From Macrostomum lignano (taxonomy: Eukaryota): DNA of 64,000 nucleotides. Shown piece by piece: positions 39,810 through 52,128 of this stretch (positions are counted from its first letter, which is position 1; every line of letters begins with the position of its first letter). The translations under genes and the position numbers were made by a program. The DNA is taken from the NCBI GenBank assembly GCA_002269645.1, contig NIVC01001873.1:124001-188000 (forward strand), read 5' to 3'. A model generated the notes under the pieces. The model was given only the letters and a program-made list of their open reading frames with translations. It was not told the DNA's origin and searched no databases.

Positions 39810-40200
39810 ATCCCTCCACCCATAAAATTTCCACCCAATAAAACCTCCACCCCATGAACCATCCACTCTAAAAAACTCCACCCCATAAAACCTCCACCTC
39901 ATAAAATCTCCACCCCATAAAACCTTCACCCCATAAAACTTCCACTCAATGAACCATCCACCCTAAAAAACTCCACCCCACGAAACCTCCAACCCATAAA
40001 CCAACCACCCCATAAAATCTCCACCCCATGAAACATCCACCCCATGAAACATCCACCCTATAAAAACTCCACCCCACGAAACCTCCAACCTATAAACCAA
40101 CCACCCCATGAACCATCCACCCCATGAATCATCCACCCCATAAAAACTCCACCCCATGAAACCTCCAACCCATGAACCATCCACCCCATAAAAACGACCC
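39810..40200. repeat. Degenerate about 19-20-bp repeat (ccaccccataaaa core)
   Basis: Directly visible. Confidence 0.85.
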
Positions 40201-40267
40201 CAAATACCTCCGACCCAAGAAAAACAACGCATAAGTAGCATCACAGAATTTCAACCATCACTTATTA

Positions 40268-41285
40268 TCAAATGTTCTCATAGCTATTTCCTCCCCTGCC
40301 GCGCACTAAGCCGCGAACGCCATTGAAAGAGAACACGCAGCCGTCCCGCACAAGGCCCGGCAGTGCCAGCCAGAACTCTCTATTGGGCACAGAATCAGGA
40401 TAAACTGGCAGCTTCCGCACCAGCGCATTAAAAGCCAGGCCGCCAGCCACGTAGACAAACACCAGGCAGAAGAACACAATCAGCAGGATGTCGCCGCCGC
40501 TTAGGCCGCCACCGCCGCCGCCGCCTCCTCCTCCACCGGACTGTTCGCAGCAGTGCTTTGAGGTCAGTCGCATTTTGTACAGAATCAACTGCGGCCCACC
40601 GCTGCCATCATCCAGAGCCTCGAATTTGGGCACGGAGGCCGACTGATCGCAGACCAGCTGCACCTGGGCTGACCGGCGCTTGCCGTCGCCGGAGAGGGCG
40701 CTGTATGTCAGTTGGAGCCCCGCCTGCGGCTCCGTGGAGAACTGGGCTGTCGACTGGGTGCCCAGCAGGTACTCCTGACAGTTGGCGAGCCGTGTTGGAG
40801 GGATAGTCAGCCCTCTCCCTCTCTCCCCTTCCCTCTCTCCCCTACCCTCTCTCCCCTACCCTCTCTCCCCTACCCTCTCTCCCCTACCCTCTCTCCCCTA
40901 CCCTCTCTCCCCTACCCTCTCTCCCCTACCCTCTCTCCCCTACCCTCTCTCCCCTACCCTCTCCTAGTCAGCACGCAGCAACTCTAATTCTCACATAGCG
41001 CCCATCTGTAGATCTCTGACATGACGCGGCGTCTCCTTGGCTGATGTCGCAGCGCTGCCCTGTGCAGGGGTTGTACAGGTAGTTATACGGCTGCTGAGGC
41101 CCCATGGCGGCAAAGGCGAAGTCTGCTGCCTTTGCCAGAGGTGACAAGTCGATGGTGCCGCCAGCAGCAGTCTGACAGCTGCAACTGCTCAGCTGACGAC
41201 TGCATACCGGATACGCGGCTTCTGCTACTGCTATTGTTGCAGAGATTGCTGCTGCTGTTAGAAGCAGCAAAGCTTTCAGAGTCAT
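40268..41285 (-). CDS. Cation-dependent mannose-6-phosphate receptor / ATG27-like type I membrane protein (about 265 aa), two exons
   Basis: Exon 1 (40995-41285): signal peptide and MRH-like GTIDLSPL...YNYLYNPC, donor TAT|gtgaga. Exon 2 (40268-40774, acceptor tgtcag|): QVQLVCD...MRLTSKHCC, a Gly linker, TM LSGGDILLIVFFCLVFVYVAGGLAFN, the PNREFW...LVRDG motif and C-terminal YENI. The intron contains a 14-bp CT-rich repeat. Confidence 0.87.
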
Positions 41286-41809
41286 GGAATCAGTTGGAAA
41301 TGGCATGTTAGCTGCGTTGAAAACCGAGCGAACGAGCGGTTTTAAGACCACTTGTGCATACGCTGTACAGTGCAAGGCGTCACAGGCGGTGGCACAGCTG
41401 ATAAGACTTGCCATGTAGCGATGTAGCGCAGTCAAGCAACGCAAGCTGTTTCTCTGTGTTTCAGTATTCACGCTAGTATTATTTCACTGTTTTTAGCAAA
41501 CCAATATATTATTTGGCCAAAATAAATATAACACTACAGTCTACTATCAGTAGGCGATCAGAAATAGATAGCACTAAAGATGTCATCGACAGTAACGCAT
41601 ATAAAATAGAGAGATATTTTGTTGCTAATTAAATATAAGAAGATTTTTGCACGAGTCAAATATGAATTTATAGCAGAGCTGAATAAGTTGGTTCACTGAT
41701 TAATTCCCGTTGTCAATGATTTATAGGTAAAATTGGATATCAATGACTTCAAAATCTATCAGTAACAAAAGAATTATAGAGTGCGGAGGAAGAAATAAAA
41801 CAATTAAAC

Positions 41810-42500
41810 AATCCGGGCACTTCTCTGGACACCCTGGCACTTCACTGGACACCCTGGCACTTCTCTGGACATCCTGGCACTTCTCTGGACACCCTGGCAC
41901 TCCTTTAAAGAACGTGGCACTCCTCTGAGTATCCTGGCACTCCTCTGAGTATCCTGGCACTCCTCTGAGTACCCTGGCATTCCTCTGAGTACCCTGGCAC
42001 TCCTCTGAGTACCCTGGCACTCCTCTGAGTACCCTGGAACTCCTCTGAGTACCTTGGAACTCCTCTTAGTATCCTGGCACTCCTCTGAGTACCCTGGCAC
42101 TCTTCTGAGTAGCTGAGTATCCTGGCACTCTTCTGAGTAGCTGAGTATCCTGGCACTCCTCTGAGTATCCTGGCACTCTTCTGAGTATCCTGGCACTCCT
42201 CTGAGTATCATGGCACTCCTCTGAGTATCCTGGCACTCCTTTGAGTAGCTGAGTATCCTGGCACTCCTCTGAGTATCCTGACACTCCTCTGAGTATCCTG
42301 GCACTCCTCTGAGTATCCTGACACTCCTCTGAGTATCCTGGCACTCCTCTGAGTATTCTGGCACTCCTCTGAGTATCCTGGCACTCCTCTGAGTATTGAG
42401 TATCCTGGCACTCCTCTGAGTATTCTGGCACTCCTCTGAGTATCCTGGCACTCCTCTGAGTATCCTGGCACTCCTCAGAGTACAATGGCACTCCTCTGAA
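41810..42500. repeat. 20-bp minisatellite (tcctctgagtatcctggcac)
   Basis: Directly visible. Confidence 0.95.
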
Positions 42501-42633
42501 TACCCCGAGAGCCTATATTAATAAATTATCATTTAGGGTAAAAACAAAAAAGGTTATCAAAAAGGTTACAAGAAGCTGTAATGAGTCTACTGCCAATCAA
42601 GCAGAATTATCTAAAAAGTGCCGACGCCCCGAA

Positions 42634-43212
42634 TTACAGACGGTGGAATCGGCCAACCATTCGGTTGCAGCTCGGACAGATGTGCTCAACGTCTTTGCAC
42701 GAGTTCACGCAGAACGGGATCAGACAGCAGCCGAGCGACAGGCCGACGAAGAACAGAATAGCGGCAATCAGCCAGGTGTAGCCGCCGATCTTATAATAGA
42801 CAGTGGTCTGCACATTGTTGTGACAGTTTGGGCAGACCATCCACACCGGCGACTGGTTGAATCGCGGAATTGTGGCGTTCACAACCACTGGCTGCTGCTG
42901 CATCACTACCACATGATGCTGAGCGGGCTGGCCTTGGTAGCCGCCAGCGGCTGGGTAGGCAGGCGGCGGCGGCGGTTGCTGATGCTGCTGCTGAGCAGGG
43001 TAGCTAGTCGGGTACCCAGGCTGAGCTGTTGAGGCAGCTGGGTAGCTAGGCGGGTATCCAGGCTGAGCTGTGGAGGCAGTCGGGTAGCTTGGCGGGTATC
43101 CAGGCTGAGCTGTGGAGGCAGTCGGGTAGCTTGGCGGGTACCCAGGCTGAGCTGCAGACGGATTGGCGCCGTCCGTCTTGCTGACACCAACCGGGTGCAC
43201 GGTTCCGCTCAT
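42634..43212 (-). CDS. LITAF: LITAF-domain protein, paralogue 1, single exon
   Basis: SPVWMVCPNCHNNVQT...hydrophobic segment...GCCLIPFCVNSCKDVEHICPSCNRMVG; Pro/Tyr-rich N-terminus with repeated PPSY. Confidence 0.93.
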   Translation of the reverse strand: MSGTVHPVGVSKTDGANPSAAQPGYPPSYPTASTAQPGYPPSYPTASTAQPGYPPSYPAASTAQPGYPTSYPAQQQHQQPPPPPAYPAAGGYQGQPAQHHVVVMQQQPVVVNATIPRFNQSPVWMVCPNCHNNVQTTVYYKIGGYTWLIAAILFFVGLSLGCCLIPFCVNSCKDVEHICPSCNRMVGRFHRL

Positions 43213-45215
43213 GTCCTCCTGAACGATGAAGACCAATAGTTAATGTCGACTAGAAGCTCCGATGCTGAGTCTCCTCTGATCTGCTTTACAGTCTTAGCAG
43301 TTCCCTTAAACTGGCAAGGCACAGCTTGTCAGAGAGAAATAGAGTGGAATAGATCGTCTGCGTGCGCAGCTCAGACTGCCGTTGTCATTGGCAACGGCAA
43401 ACAATACTCCGCTTCCACTCCGGACTGTACAATGTCACTCCAGTTCCTCTCTCCTCAGGTAAGAGTGGCACCTGAAAACTCCTCCGCCCTCTCGAATACA
43501 GGGAAAGAGAGTTCACGAGATCAGGCGTACAGCCTGGACGGAATGAATGCCATTGCGACGAGACCCTGCTGTGCATTCCATTCTTGATTCTGTCTGTTGG
43601 GATTTTTAATTTTCTAGCAACACTGTACTAACGGACAGCTCAACAGAGGACTGTACGAGTACAGTAAGTCCCTGAATTTAACTTGAATTTTACAGCTGGC
43701 AAGAGTTTGCAATTTAGACAACTGTATGGATTTCCAGATTGATTGCTAACATTACGAGAGGACGCAGGACCCGCACAAAAACGTGCAAATTTTATTAAAG
43801 ACTGATTATTTAATTTTACGTAAGCCCGGCCACAGAAACTCGTCGAAGTGTAATTTTATCCCAGGAAGTGCATGATTTTGTCCCCATTCAGTTAACAGTA
43901 GGAACACCAAGCCAAGCCAAAATTTAAGAACATGGGCCAACTTTTTGTTGCGCACCTTCTCAAACAAGAATCAAGTCGCCAGCCCTCCGGACCGTCGAGA
44001 TATTCGACGAGTCTGCCAGAAGGTCGGATGTTTTTCTCAAAAGCGCCAGTGTATTCAGGACACCCCTGTGCGCCAATCAGCACTGCACCTCAGTGCAGCC
44101 TTGCCAAGCCTCCGAATTTCATCGGCAATTCGACGACAAGTGTCTGCATCAGCTCTGACTTCGTTTGTCACTGGCCTTCGCCCAGGCGGAGCTTCTGGAC
44201 TTCAACAGATGGCCATTGTTGAAAGTCCAGACTTTTGTTGCCACTATGGACCATGTTGCAAATTTCTTGAGTTTCGCTGATCAAGCTCCGACAGTGGGCA
44301 AGCCTCAACTGCTGGACATCCTCAGCTAGTCTCTCAAGCATTCAGTCGTCATCTGGACGTCGTCGGCACCTGACACCAGGCGACTATGGACTTCCTGTTG
44401 CAACTATGTCAGATTTTTCTTATTAATAACACTCCTAGTCGCCTGGTACAGCATGCAACAGGAAGACCTTTGGTAGCTCTACTATCAATACAGTGTATGC
44501 ATAATGCATGGTTTACGATTATATTATATTTTATTTTTTTCCATGTCTATAGTATACGCCAAGAACTACTTAACCACTTGGAAATTCCAGCCTCTAAAAA
44601 TTATATGGATCGTCCTATATAAACGAAACTTAACTAGTCCTTGAATTCTTGATCTAAGAGTTCCGTCACAGAATTGTTTAGCTAAACCGCACATTGACCA
44701 GAAAGCGATTTGATAAAAAGTCATTGATTGTTCCAAAATTGGTTATTATCCCAAAACGCTATCATATTTAGATAGACTTTGCTGTAGCGGTCAATACGCG
44801 ATGGGATGTGATAAGATCTTTGCGGACGGGATCTCGAGACAAGTTGGAAGAAGACACAGTGAACCACAGGTTGCGGAGCAGTTGTTAACAGCTTTTTACC
44901 CATTTTTACTTCTGAAAAACTTGGAACTTTCAACCCTACCAAAAACTTCAGATGGCTGTAAGCTGCCTGAAAAAGTAAAGTCTTTAATTAAAAACAGACC
45001 TCTCACACGAAAACTTTTGCTCCCGACTGGTCCCGAACAGTCGGGATTGACATCCGGAGTTCTGCTTTGCTGGTTCAGCGATTTCCACAGGTGAAAATCG
45101 TGGTCACCCACTTTTCCATGCTGATAATAGCTGCGTTCTAAGCAAGCTTTAGGCACTTTTTCGCACATTAATCTTAAATTATTTGAACCCAGCAATTTTG
45201 ACTATCAATTTATAT

Positions 45216-45525
45216 CAGGCGTTGGCAAAATTTTGTACCTCAATGGGCAGATAAATAATCTAGATCCTTGCTGCGGGCCGAATGAGAGATGAGAGATGCG
45301 ATAAAAGAGAAGATAAGAGGAGAGGAGAAATGAGAGGAGAGAGAGAAAAGAGGAGAGGATAGAAAAGAGAGAAGAGGGGAGATAGAGAACTGAGAAGAGA
45401 GCTAAAAAAGACACAAACCTTGAGCGGGCCGGATTGCAATTGAAAAACTTCAACGGACCAGAGGGCACGATAAAGAGTCTTCGTTGGCAGCATGTGGCCC
45501 GCAGGCCGGAGTTTGCCGACCCCTG
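45216..45525. mobile_element. Non-autonomous hAT (Charlie-like) MITE
   Basis: Termini CAGGCGTTGGCAAA and (reverse complement) CAGGGGTCGGCAAA with subterminal GGGCCG motifs typical of Charlie-group hATs. The 8-bp flanks (atttatat / atctggac) do not match well, so the element is old or the boundaries are uncertain. Confidence 0.6.
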
Positions 45526-45862
45526 ATCTGGACATTGGTAGAGAAAGGCTTAAATTCAACCCATACTGCTATTCAACTTTTACCAAAAGCACTTCTGAAA
45601 GTTACATAAAGAAAATTACATGCAAACATCCCTTCGAATATTTGTCCTTCTGCACGTGCGAGACAGCACTACTAAGTGTATTTAGTGGCATTACAGATTT
45701 TACACACAGTATGGATGCATTCATTTGTCGCAGTTTTGCTGACTGCTACAATTAAATTAAACCCGTCGATTTTAAATTATATAATTTGTTTGTGATCGCG
45801 AACCCGATGGCTTTAACGATGGGCGAGCTCTGGACAGACCGATATGGCATCGCCGAACTTGC

Positions 45863-46342
45863 TCAGCAGCGCTTGTACACTCCTATCTGGTTGTTGCAGT
45901 TCGGACACGAGTGCTTGACATCCTTGCAGGCGTTAGTGACGAATGGAATGAAAATGCAGAGCCAAAGACAGGTGATAAACAGCACGGCCGCTATTATCCA
46001 GACCGTCACGCCGATGACGTACTGGGTATTAGTCATGATGTCGGCCCCGCAGAACTGGCAGGTCATGCGGGTTGCCGCCTCTCCCAAGTTCGCTGTGCCC
46101 ATGCCCATGGCCGGGACTGCAACTGGAACTGCAACGGGTTGAACAGGCTGATAGGCAGCTTGTTGGTAGCCAGCTTGCTGGTAGCCAGCTTGCTGGTAGC
46201 CAGCTTGCTGTGGGTACCCGTAATGCGACTGGTTTTCAACTGTCGCATTTCCAGTTGTCGACTGTTGGTTTCCAGACGACTGGCTGCCGGCTTGCTTCTC
46301 CTTCGCAGCCGACTGGTAGCTGGGCGGTGGAGTGTCTGACAT
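45863..46342 (-). CDS. LITAF: LITAF-domain protein, paralogue 2, single exon
   Basis: MTCQFCGADIMT...WLCIFIPFVTNACKDVKHSCPNCNNQIGVYKR; N-terminal PPPSY. Confidence 0.93.
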   Translation of the reverse strand: MSDTPPPSYQSAAKEKQAGSQSSGNQQSTTGNATVENQSHYGYPQQAGYQQAGYQQAGYQQAAYQPVQPVAVPVAVPAMGMGTANLGEAATRMTCQFCGADIMTNTQYVIGVTVWIIAAVLFITCLWLCIFIPFVTNACKDVKHSCPNCNNQIGVYKRC

Positions 46343-47839
46343 GGCTGATGGCTGGGCTGCGACGGCTTGGCTAAACTGAGTGTGCAACCTTTTTTAGGCA
46401 GCTATCTGTCCGACTCCGCACCTGGGCTATGCGATTGTTTTCGCCTGCACTTCTACGTTTCCATAGTTTTGTCTATGTGCTAAAGTGCTGCTGCGAGTAA
46501 CTCGTTAAAAGCGCTTGAGTTTAGAAGACAGGCGTGTAAGGCTGCGTTTTGGCCTTACAGAAGTGCATCTACTTTGCATTGGCCTCGTGTGAGTCATCCG
46601 TATAACAGTTTTTATTCCTGCTATCTTCTGCTCACAAGTCAGAAAGAATTCTAACACACTGGCCTCTAAGGGCCCTGTTATGAGTGTGAGGCTCACATCT
46701 CGGAATCTTTCTATGCCGCAAATTATTCAAGACAGTGTATTTTATTGTCAAGCAAGCAAACTGGTTTAGTTGACAAAATGAAGAGCAATGCATAGTATGA
46801 GCGGGGCAGGGTTATCGCTCGAGCATTTTTCTCTGTCCCGCTGTTAGGCAACCATATCACCCCCCAAAGCATTGCTGCGATTCCACTGTGTCACGCGTTC
46901 GCAGGCTGCTGGCTTGGCCTTCGAACCTCAGCTTTGTTATCTGCCCTTTAATGTAGAGCTGGTCTGGCTGGATAGAACCGGGCGAGACGAGAGGAGGCCG
47001 TTGTTTTTTCGCTTCGATGTAAGCACAATTCCAGTGCTTACAATCCATCACATTATAAAATATCAATCAATGATTTTACAGGCAGTTCTCAGAGTCACTC
47101 TGAAACGGAGATGCATTTTAACCCCCCCCCCCCAGTACTGATATTGCAGAATTAACGTAGCTCCTGCTAAATCCTGCTAGTTATAGAACTCACTGACTCA
47201 TATATAGGAGCAACATAGCAGCACATCCTATACATGGCTGTGGATAGTACACTGTAGATATTACATGTATTACATGGATGATGCACATGATGTGGTGCTG
47301 CAGATTGTTTCAGCATGATTCCTCGCTGGCTGCGGTACTCGTATTATTTCTCATGGATGTACAGTGTACGCTTGTAAAAAGGCCTCTAAAACAAAAAAAT
47401 GTATGTTTCGGATTCATTTTGGTTATGTAATAGTCTTTGGAGCAGATAATACATTTTGCATCATAAGAGTTCAAATTTGCGTATAGCTTATAAGTTCAGC
47501 AGAAGAACGAAAACATTTGCGGGACAGTAGAAATTTGCGTTGAGCTAAGCAGAAATTTTTATGTCTGGATAAACAAGCAAATATTTTAGTTGTTGTATTA
47601 AATATTCTAACATTTTAATTTCATTTTGTTCTCTTAACAGAAAGTTGAGTTACTTCAACAAGGTTCTCAAAAACTGTAAAAAAATAGTACACACCTCGTA
47701 TAAACATAGTTGTTAGAAGTGTGTTAAAGAGCTGTAGCGCTTTGTTTTAAAGCCGTTTAAACACACGCAAGTACAATGTAGAAAACGAAAAGCCTACAAG
47801 TTTCAATAACTTTTTTCATCTGCTTGTCACACAATTAGA

Positions 47840-48316
47840 TCAGTTAGCCTTGCAGACGCCGATGGTTCCACGGCAGTTCGGGCAGGAGTGATGCGCGTCC
47901 TTGCAGGAATCCACGCAGAATGGAATCAGACAGCACAGGGCAAAGCCGAATATGCACAGAAGAAAACAAATTAACCAGGTGAAGCTGCCAGGACTGTAGG
48001 TGACCAGAGTGTTCACATAGCTGCTACAATACGGACACGTCAGTGGAACCGGGTAGCGACCTAATTTATAGGCCGTTGCGGTGGGTAAGGATGCAGTTTG
48101 AATATTAACTACTGTCTGTTGCTGCTGCTGATGCTGCGACTGTGGCTGCTGCTGCTGTGGCTGCTGCTGCTGTGGCTGCTGCTGCTGTGGCTGCTGCTGC
48201 TGTGGCTGTTGCTGCGGCGGGTAGCTCTGCGGCGGGTAGGCCTGGTACGGCGGCGGCGGGTATACGGGCTCAGGAGGCTTGCTGCCAGCAGGATCCGGGT
48301 GTACGCTGTTATGCAT
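47840..48316 (-). CDS. LITAF: LITAF-domain protein, paralogue 3, single exon
   Basis: PVPLTCPYCSSYVNT...LCCLIPFCVDSCKDAHHSCPNCRGTIG; N-terminal PPPPY and QQQQP repeats. Confidence 0.93.
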   Translation of the reverse strand: MHNSVHPDPAGSKPPEPVYPPPPYQAYPPQSYPPQQQPQQQQPQQQQPQQQQPQQQQPQSQHQQQQQTVVNIQTASLPTATAYKLGRYPVPLTCPYCSSYVNTLVTYSPGSFTWLICFLLCIFGFALCCLIPFCVDSCKDAHHSCPNCRGTIGVCKAN

Positions 48317-49010
48317 GATTTCTAATGCTATTTATTTCTACTTGAGAACTGGCTCTAGTGCTGTATGTAAACTATAGATTCAACTAAAGTCGAGGCGCAC
48401 GGCCAAGCCGCACCCACAGCTTGCTGAGCTGGCTTTATTATGCAAATTTTCGCCTGCGTTTTCATCACTGTACAGTCCGGCTGCAATGTGAGTCTGTGTG
48501 CAGTGCGCAGCAGTAATTGTGTTTGGAATGGCTTTTGCGCGCAACCCCCGTTGTTGGGAGCAACGAGAGAAATACGAGGTAGAATATTAATATTTTTTCA
48601 AGCCTTACACAGCTATACATATATTCTTCTGTATAGCAATGAAGAAATAGCAAAATGTAAGTTGTGCTTACCGGCTCTCTCTCGCGCCTCAGAAACAATG
48701 TGAAGGCCCTGTTTGTTTCGTTAGCTAGCTAGCTCGTACGCGTGTATGCAGCCACCACAGCAAGCCAACACAGCAGGGCTTGCCTAATAAAGTGAACGAT
48801 ACTGCAGCTAGTATGTGTTTGTTCATGTTGCGCGACCAATGAAAGATGAAGATCAAAAAACAATCTGTCTTTATGCTTACGGAATTTGGACTGTGGACTA
48901 GGATGCTATGCGGAAACTTTTGTTTTTATAGCAATTACATGTACATGGTTCTGTAGCAAGATTGTTTAATTATAAAATTTATTAGAATAATATCAACGAA
49001 CTTTTCACAT

Positions 49011-49346
49011 TGAGCCTCTTCAGGGCAATCGGTTCTAGAACCAGAATAAATTCGAGTTCTAGAACCAGAACCAGTGTGAAATGAAGAGCTTCGAATTCAT
49101 TTTATGTTTGACAGTCTTTACAATTTAATTTTGTCGTTCTTTGACTTTGTTTCCTCTTGGATATAACAAAAAACGGAATAATTATCTAACAATACAATAA
49201 TAAAAAATTGATGGTTTCAAATATATATTACTGTTAAAGTGTAAACATGACAACGGTTCGAAAAAATTTCTCGAACCATATTCCAGAACCAGAACCATGT
49301 TCCGGAACTAATTCTGTTTTTCGAACCGGCGATATGAAGAGGCTCA
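49011..49346. mobile_element. MITE-like element with 12-bp terminal inverted repeats
   Basis: TGAGCCTCTTCA...TGAAGAGGCTCA, plus subterminal cggttc/gaaccg and internal agaacc repeats. Superfamily not assigned. Confidence 0.6.
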
Positions 49347-50510
49347 TGGTGAATTTTGGCTGTCGCGTGCGCTCGCGCTAAGACGCAGCTAAACATTGAG
49401 CAACTTTGTATTGTTAGTTCTGTACCACTCTCTTTTTCTGGTTTTCATGGTCGCTCCAGCCTGGTAAACCTAGCTAAAGTCCTACTGTACATGTAAATCA
49501 TTTCCTGTAAATACTTTCCGGATAACCCCCGCCTGATCCTTGTAACATATGTATTTAGGCAATCCACTATCCAGTCATGCTATATTATGAAACCTCTCAT
49601 AATATTGAGCCTGTTTAGACTCAAGTCTTCTCAAGACAATGACAGAAACAGCTCTTACCATTCCCTGTGAAAGATTTACAGTTTACATAAATTTACAGTT
49701 TGAAAATTTCCCTTTCCTGTAATTACATGTAAAACAGACAAATTCTTCCTAATTTAGCACTGAATTTGTTTAAATATGCTCGTAAATGCAAGACTTTCAA
49801 CGAATTCACAATCAAATTCTTCGCGCAATTTCTAAATTAAGAGAATGTATTGTGAACGTATTCGAATTTACCTAAATGTCTAATCTCTTTTGATGAGGAC
49901 GCACTTTTTCCCAAATCCCGCGCTAGCACATGGGCTCTAAACTTACTTGCCTACTAACAGTGGGCAGTGGGCATTTTTATCCTTTTTCTGCGAATTTTCA
50001 TAGAATCTATACTAGATATAATGTCTGGCCATACTAGTAGTCATAATAACATAGGCGCAGCTTTTTGGGTCGTAAATCATCGCTTTCGAAGCTGATCTGA
50101 CAGCCACCTGCGCCTCACTCAGTGTTGAAGCGGGCGCCAGATGGTCTGAGAGGATGCGGGCGGTAGCTTTTTTTTCTCATCATTTTGACAGGCCATCAAG
50201 ATTTATGAGGTCAGAGCCTATTGTTCGGATTCACTCAAGCGTGTGACAGCTTTGACAGCTATGCGTTGTACCCCTAAAAGTACCTTGGGATTAGCGATTA
50301 GCGATTTCTCTTCATTATCTTCACTTTCTATTTAATAAGAGCTTTCTAATGTATATTTTTTCATTAATTTCTGTCAATCCTACGCGAAAAGTCATAAATC
50401 ATTTTGTTGCGATTTTGAGTGATTTATGGCCGCACCTGTCATCTTTTTACGACCCTGTGGGAACTGATAGGATCTCTCGGTCACGTGATTCTGGGTAGCA
50501 ACGAGCTTAG

Positions 50511-50612
50511 CCAATCAGAAAATTCGGCGCTCATTTTAACAAAACGGCTCAGCCAATCAGAATCGACGTGTTCCGTTATAACAAACTGCGGTCCAGTTGG
50601 CGGCTATTTAAA
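50511..50612 (+). promoter_or_regulatory. Pol II promoter: two AGCCAATCAGAA CCAAT boxes and TATTTAAA
   Basis: CCAAT at 50511 and 50553, TATA at 50605-50612, in a CpG-rich context. Confidence 0.65.
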
Positions 50613-50814
50613 CCGGAGTTTTTGGCCCGCTCGGACGCAACTTCTTCTTACTTTGGCTCGGGCCCAGCGCGCAACTTCTGGTTCCCGGAGCACGACCGTC
50701 GTTTCTTGATCCCCGGATTGCAACTTCCCCCATCATCATCAAGGACGAGTCCCCCGGTCGACAGCAGCGAACATCCAGTTAAGAGCATCACCTGCTAGCT
50801 AACAGCGAAGATTG

Positions 50815-51888
50815 TGACAGCATCATCCCGAGTCTACAGCTGCAGAGCATCGAGCCGATTCGGTCACTGGGAATACCTGGTCTCCGGCTGTTGAGTTTCT
50901 GATTGGTTGGGTGAGAGGCTACCTAGACTTGCTTGATTGGGTGATCCCTTTTCTGTCCCCTGTTGCAGTAGCTGAATTAGGCGCACACTTTTGCTCATTT
51001 TGTTCAGTAGTGCTGTTGCTGAGGCAGGAATCATTCAATAATACTGCCAGTAGTCTAAGACTCCAATTCAATCTAAAGTGTAAAGTGAATTAAGGAGAAG
51101 GTTAAATCTAACAGTTATCTTTGTCGGCTTTATTTCTTTGTTCGCCGATGGCTCAGATGAGTAGCTAAGCTAGTAGGCGCCGGTCACAGTGGACCAATGG
51201 CAAGGCAGTTCTCAGTCGACCAATCTAACAAATCAGTGAGCAAAACTGCCAGAAGTGCAGAATCGGCGCCAGAGATGTACTTTGTGCACTCTAGGGTAGC
51301 CAAGCGGCTCGGGTAAATGAATCATGCGGTCTCTGAAGTTCGAGTTAGCCTATCATCAGCGCTATGAGAGGCTAGTTGGCGCGTTGAAGGCTAAAAGTAC
51401 ATATCTTCGTATTTAGCAATGTAATAGTACATGTAGCTACCCCATAGACTCGCCACCGCAAGAATCCCCTGCACAAGTCCCCTCTGTACCTGCATGGCCA
51501 ACGCGATCTAGTCCCAGCAGTGTCCCTTATCATCGGCTATGACTTCGAGATTGACAGCAAAAAGACACCAGTTGGCAGGTAAGTGCAAAGCCCCTTCTAG
51601 TCGGAAGCCCGATTTCGAGAGTCCCGGTGTGGTGAGCCAGGGCGCACGGGCTGGTGGCAGCAAGTTAGTTGATCTGCGGATTAGCTAATTTCTACTTTCA
51701 AAATTCTCCCTGCTCGTCTCTCGCTGTCCCTCTCTTAGCTATAGGACCTAGACTGCTCGCCACACGATCAAGCTACCATGGGGCTGACCATCTGACAGGA
51801 GTGGGGGGCCAGGTCTCTAATTGATTTATTTCTGAGCCTGAGGCCCGAAGGCTTCCCTAACAAGGAGCCCGAAGGTCGAAACCCATCA
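50815..51888 (+). ncRNA. Putative structured (possibly spliced) long non-coding RNA, copy 1
   Basis: Homologous to 52172-53256; no shared ORF; conserved splice-site motifs and helices (see findings). Confidence 0.5.
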
Positions 51889-52128
51889 CTTTGTTCATAA
51901 CGATGATCATTAGGCTAAAGCTTAGGAATTTCTCTCCATTCTCTCATCTCGGCTAAGTTCTATACTAATTTATGCCATTACTATTAATTTTCTTAGGAAC
52001 TCAATGTAATTCGCTTAGGATCCTAATTTTGAATTGTTTTTGCATTTTTGAAGGTCAGACTGTCTGGGTTCGAGACGGATTGACCTCCAACAGTCTAGAC
52101 AGGCGACACTGTGAGGCCGCGTGAGAGC

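Noticed and set aside
43892-44400. Protein-like fragments between LITAF paralogues 1 and 2
   Set aside because: All frames are interrupted by stops and no family was recognised; possibly a decayed TE or pseudogene.
51353-51359. Minus-strand CTGATGA as a hammerhead core
   Set aside because: No stem II followed by GAAA, and it is absent from the paralogous copy.
51855-51861. CCCTAAC as a telomerase RNA template
   Set aside because: Too short, near the 3' end rather than the 5' end, and not conserved in copy 2.
52060-52076. CTGTCTGGGTTCGAGAC resembling a vault RNA or tRNA B-box
   Set aside because: No A box, cloverleaf or terminal T-run; it simply forms a local hairpin upstream of the TATA box.
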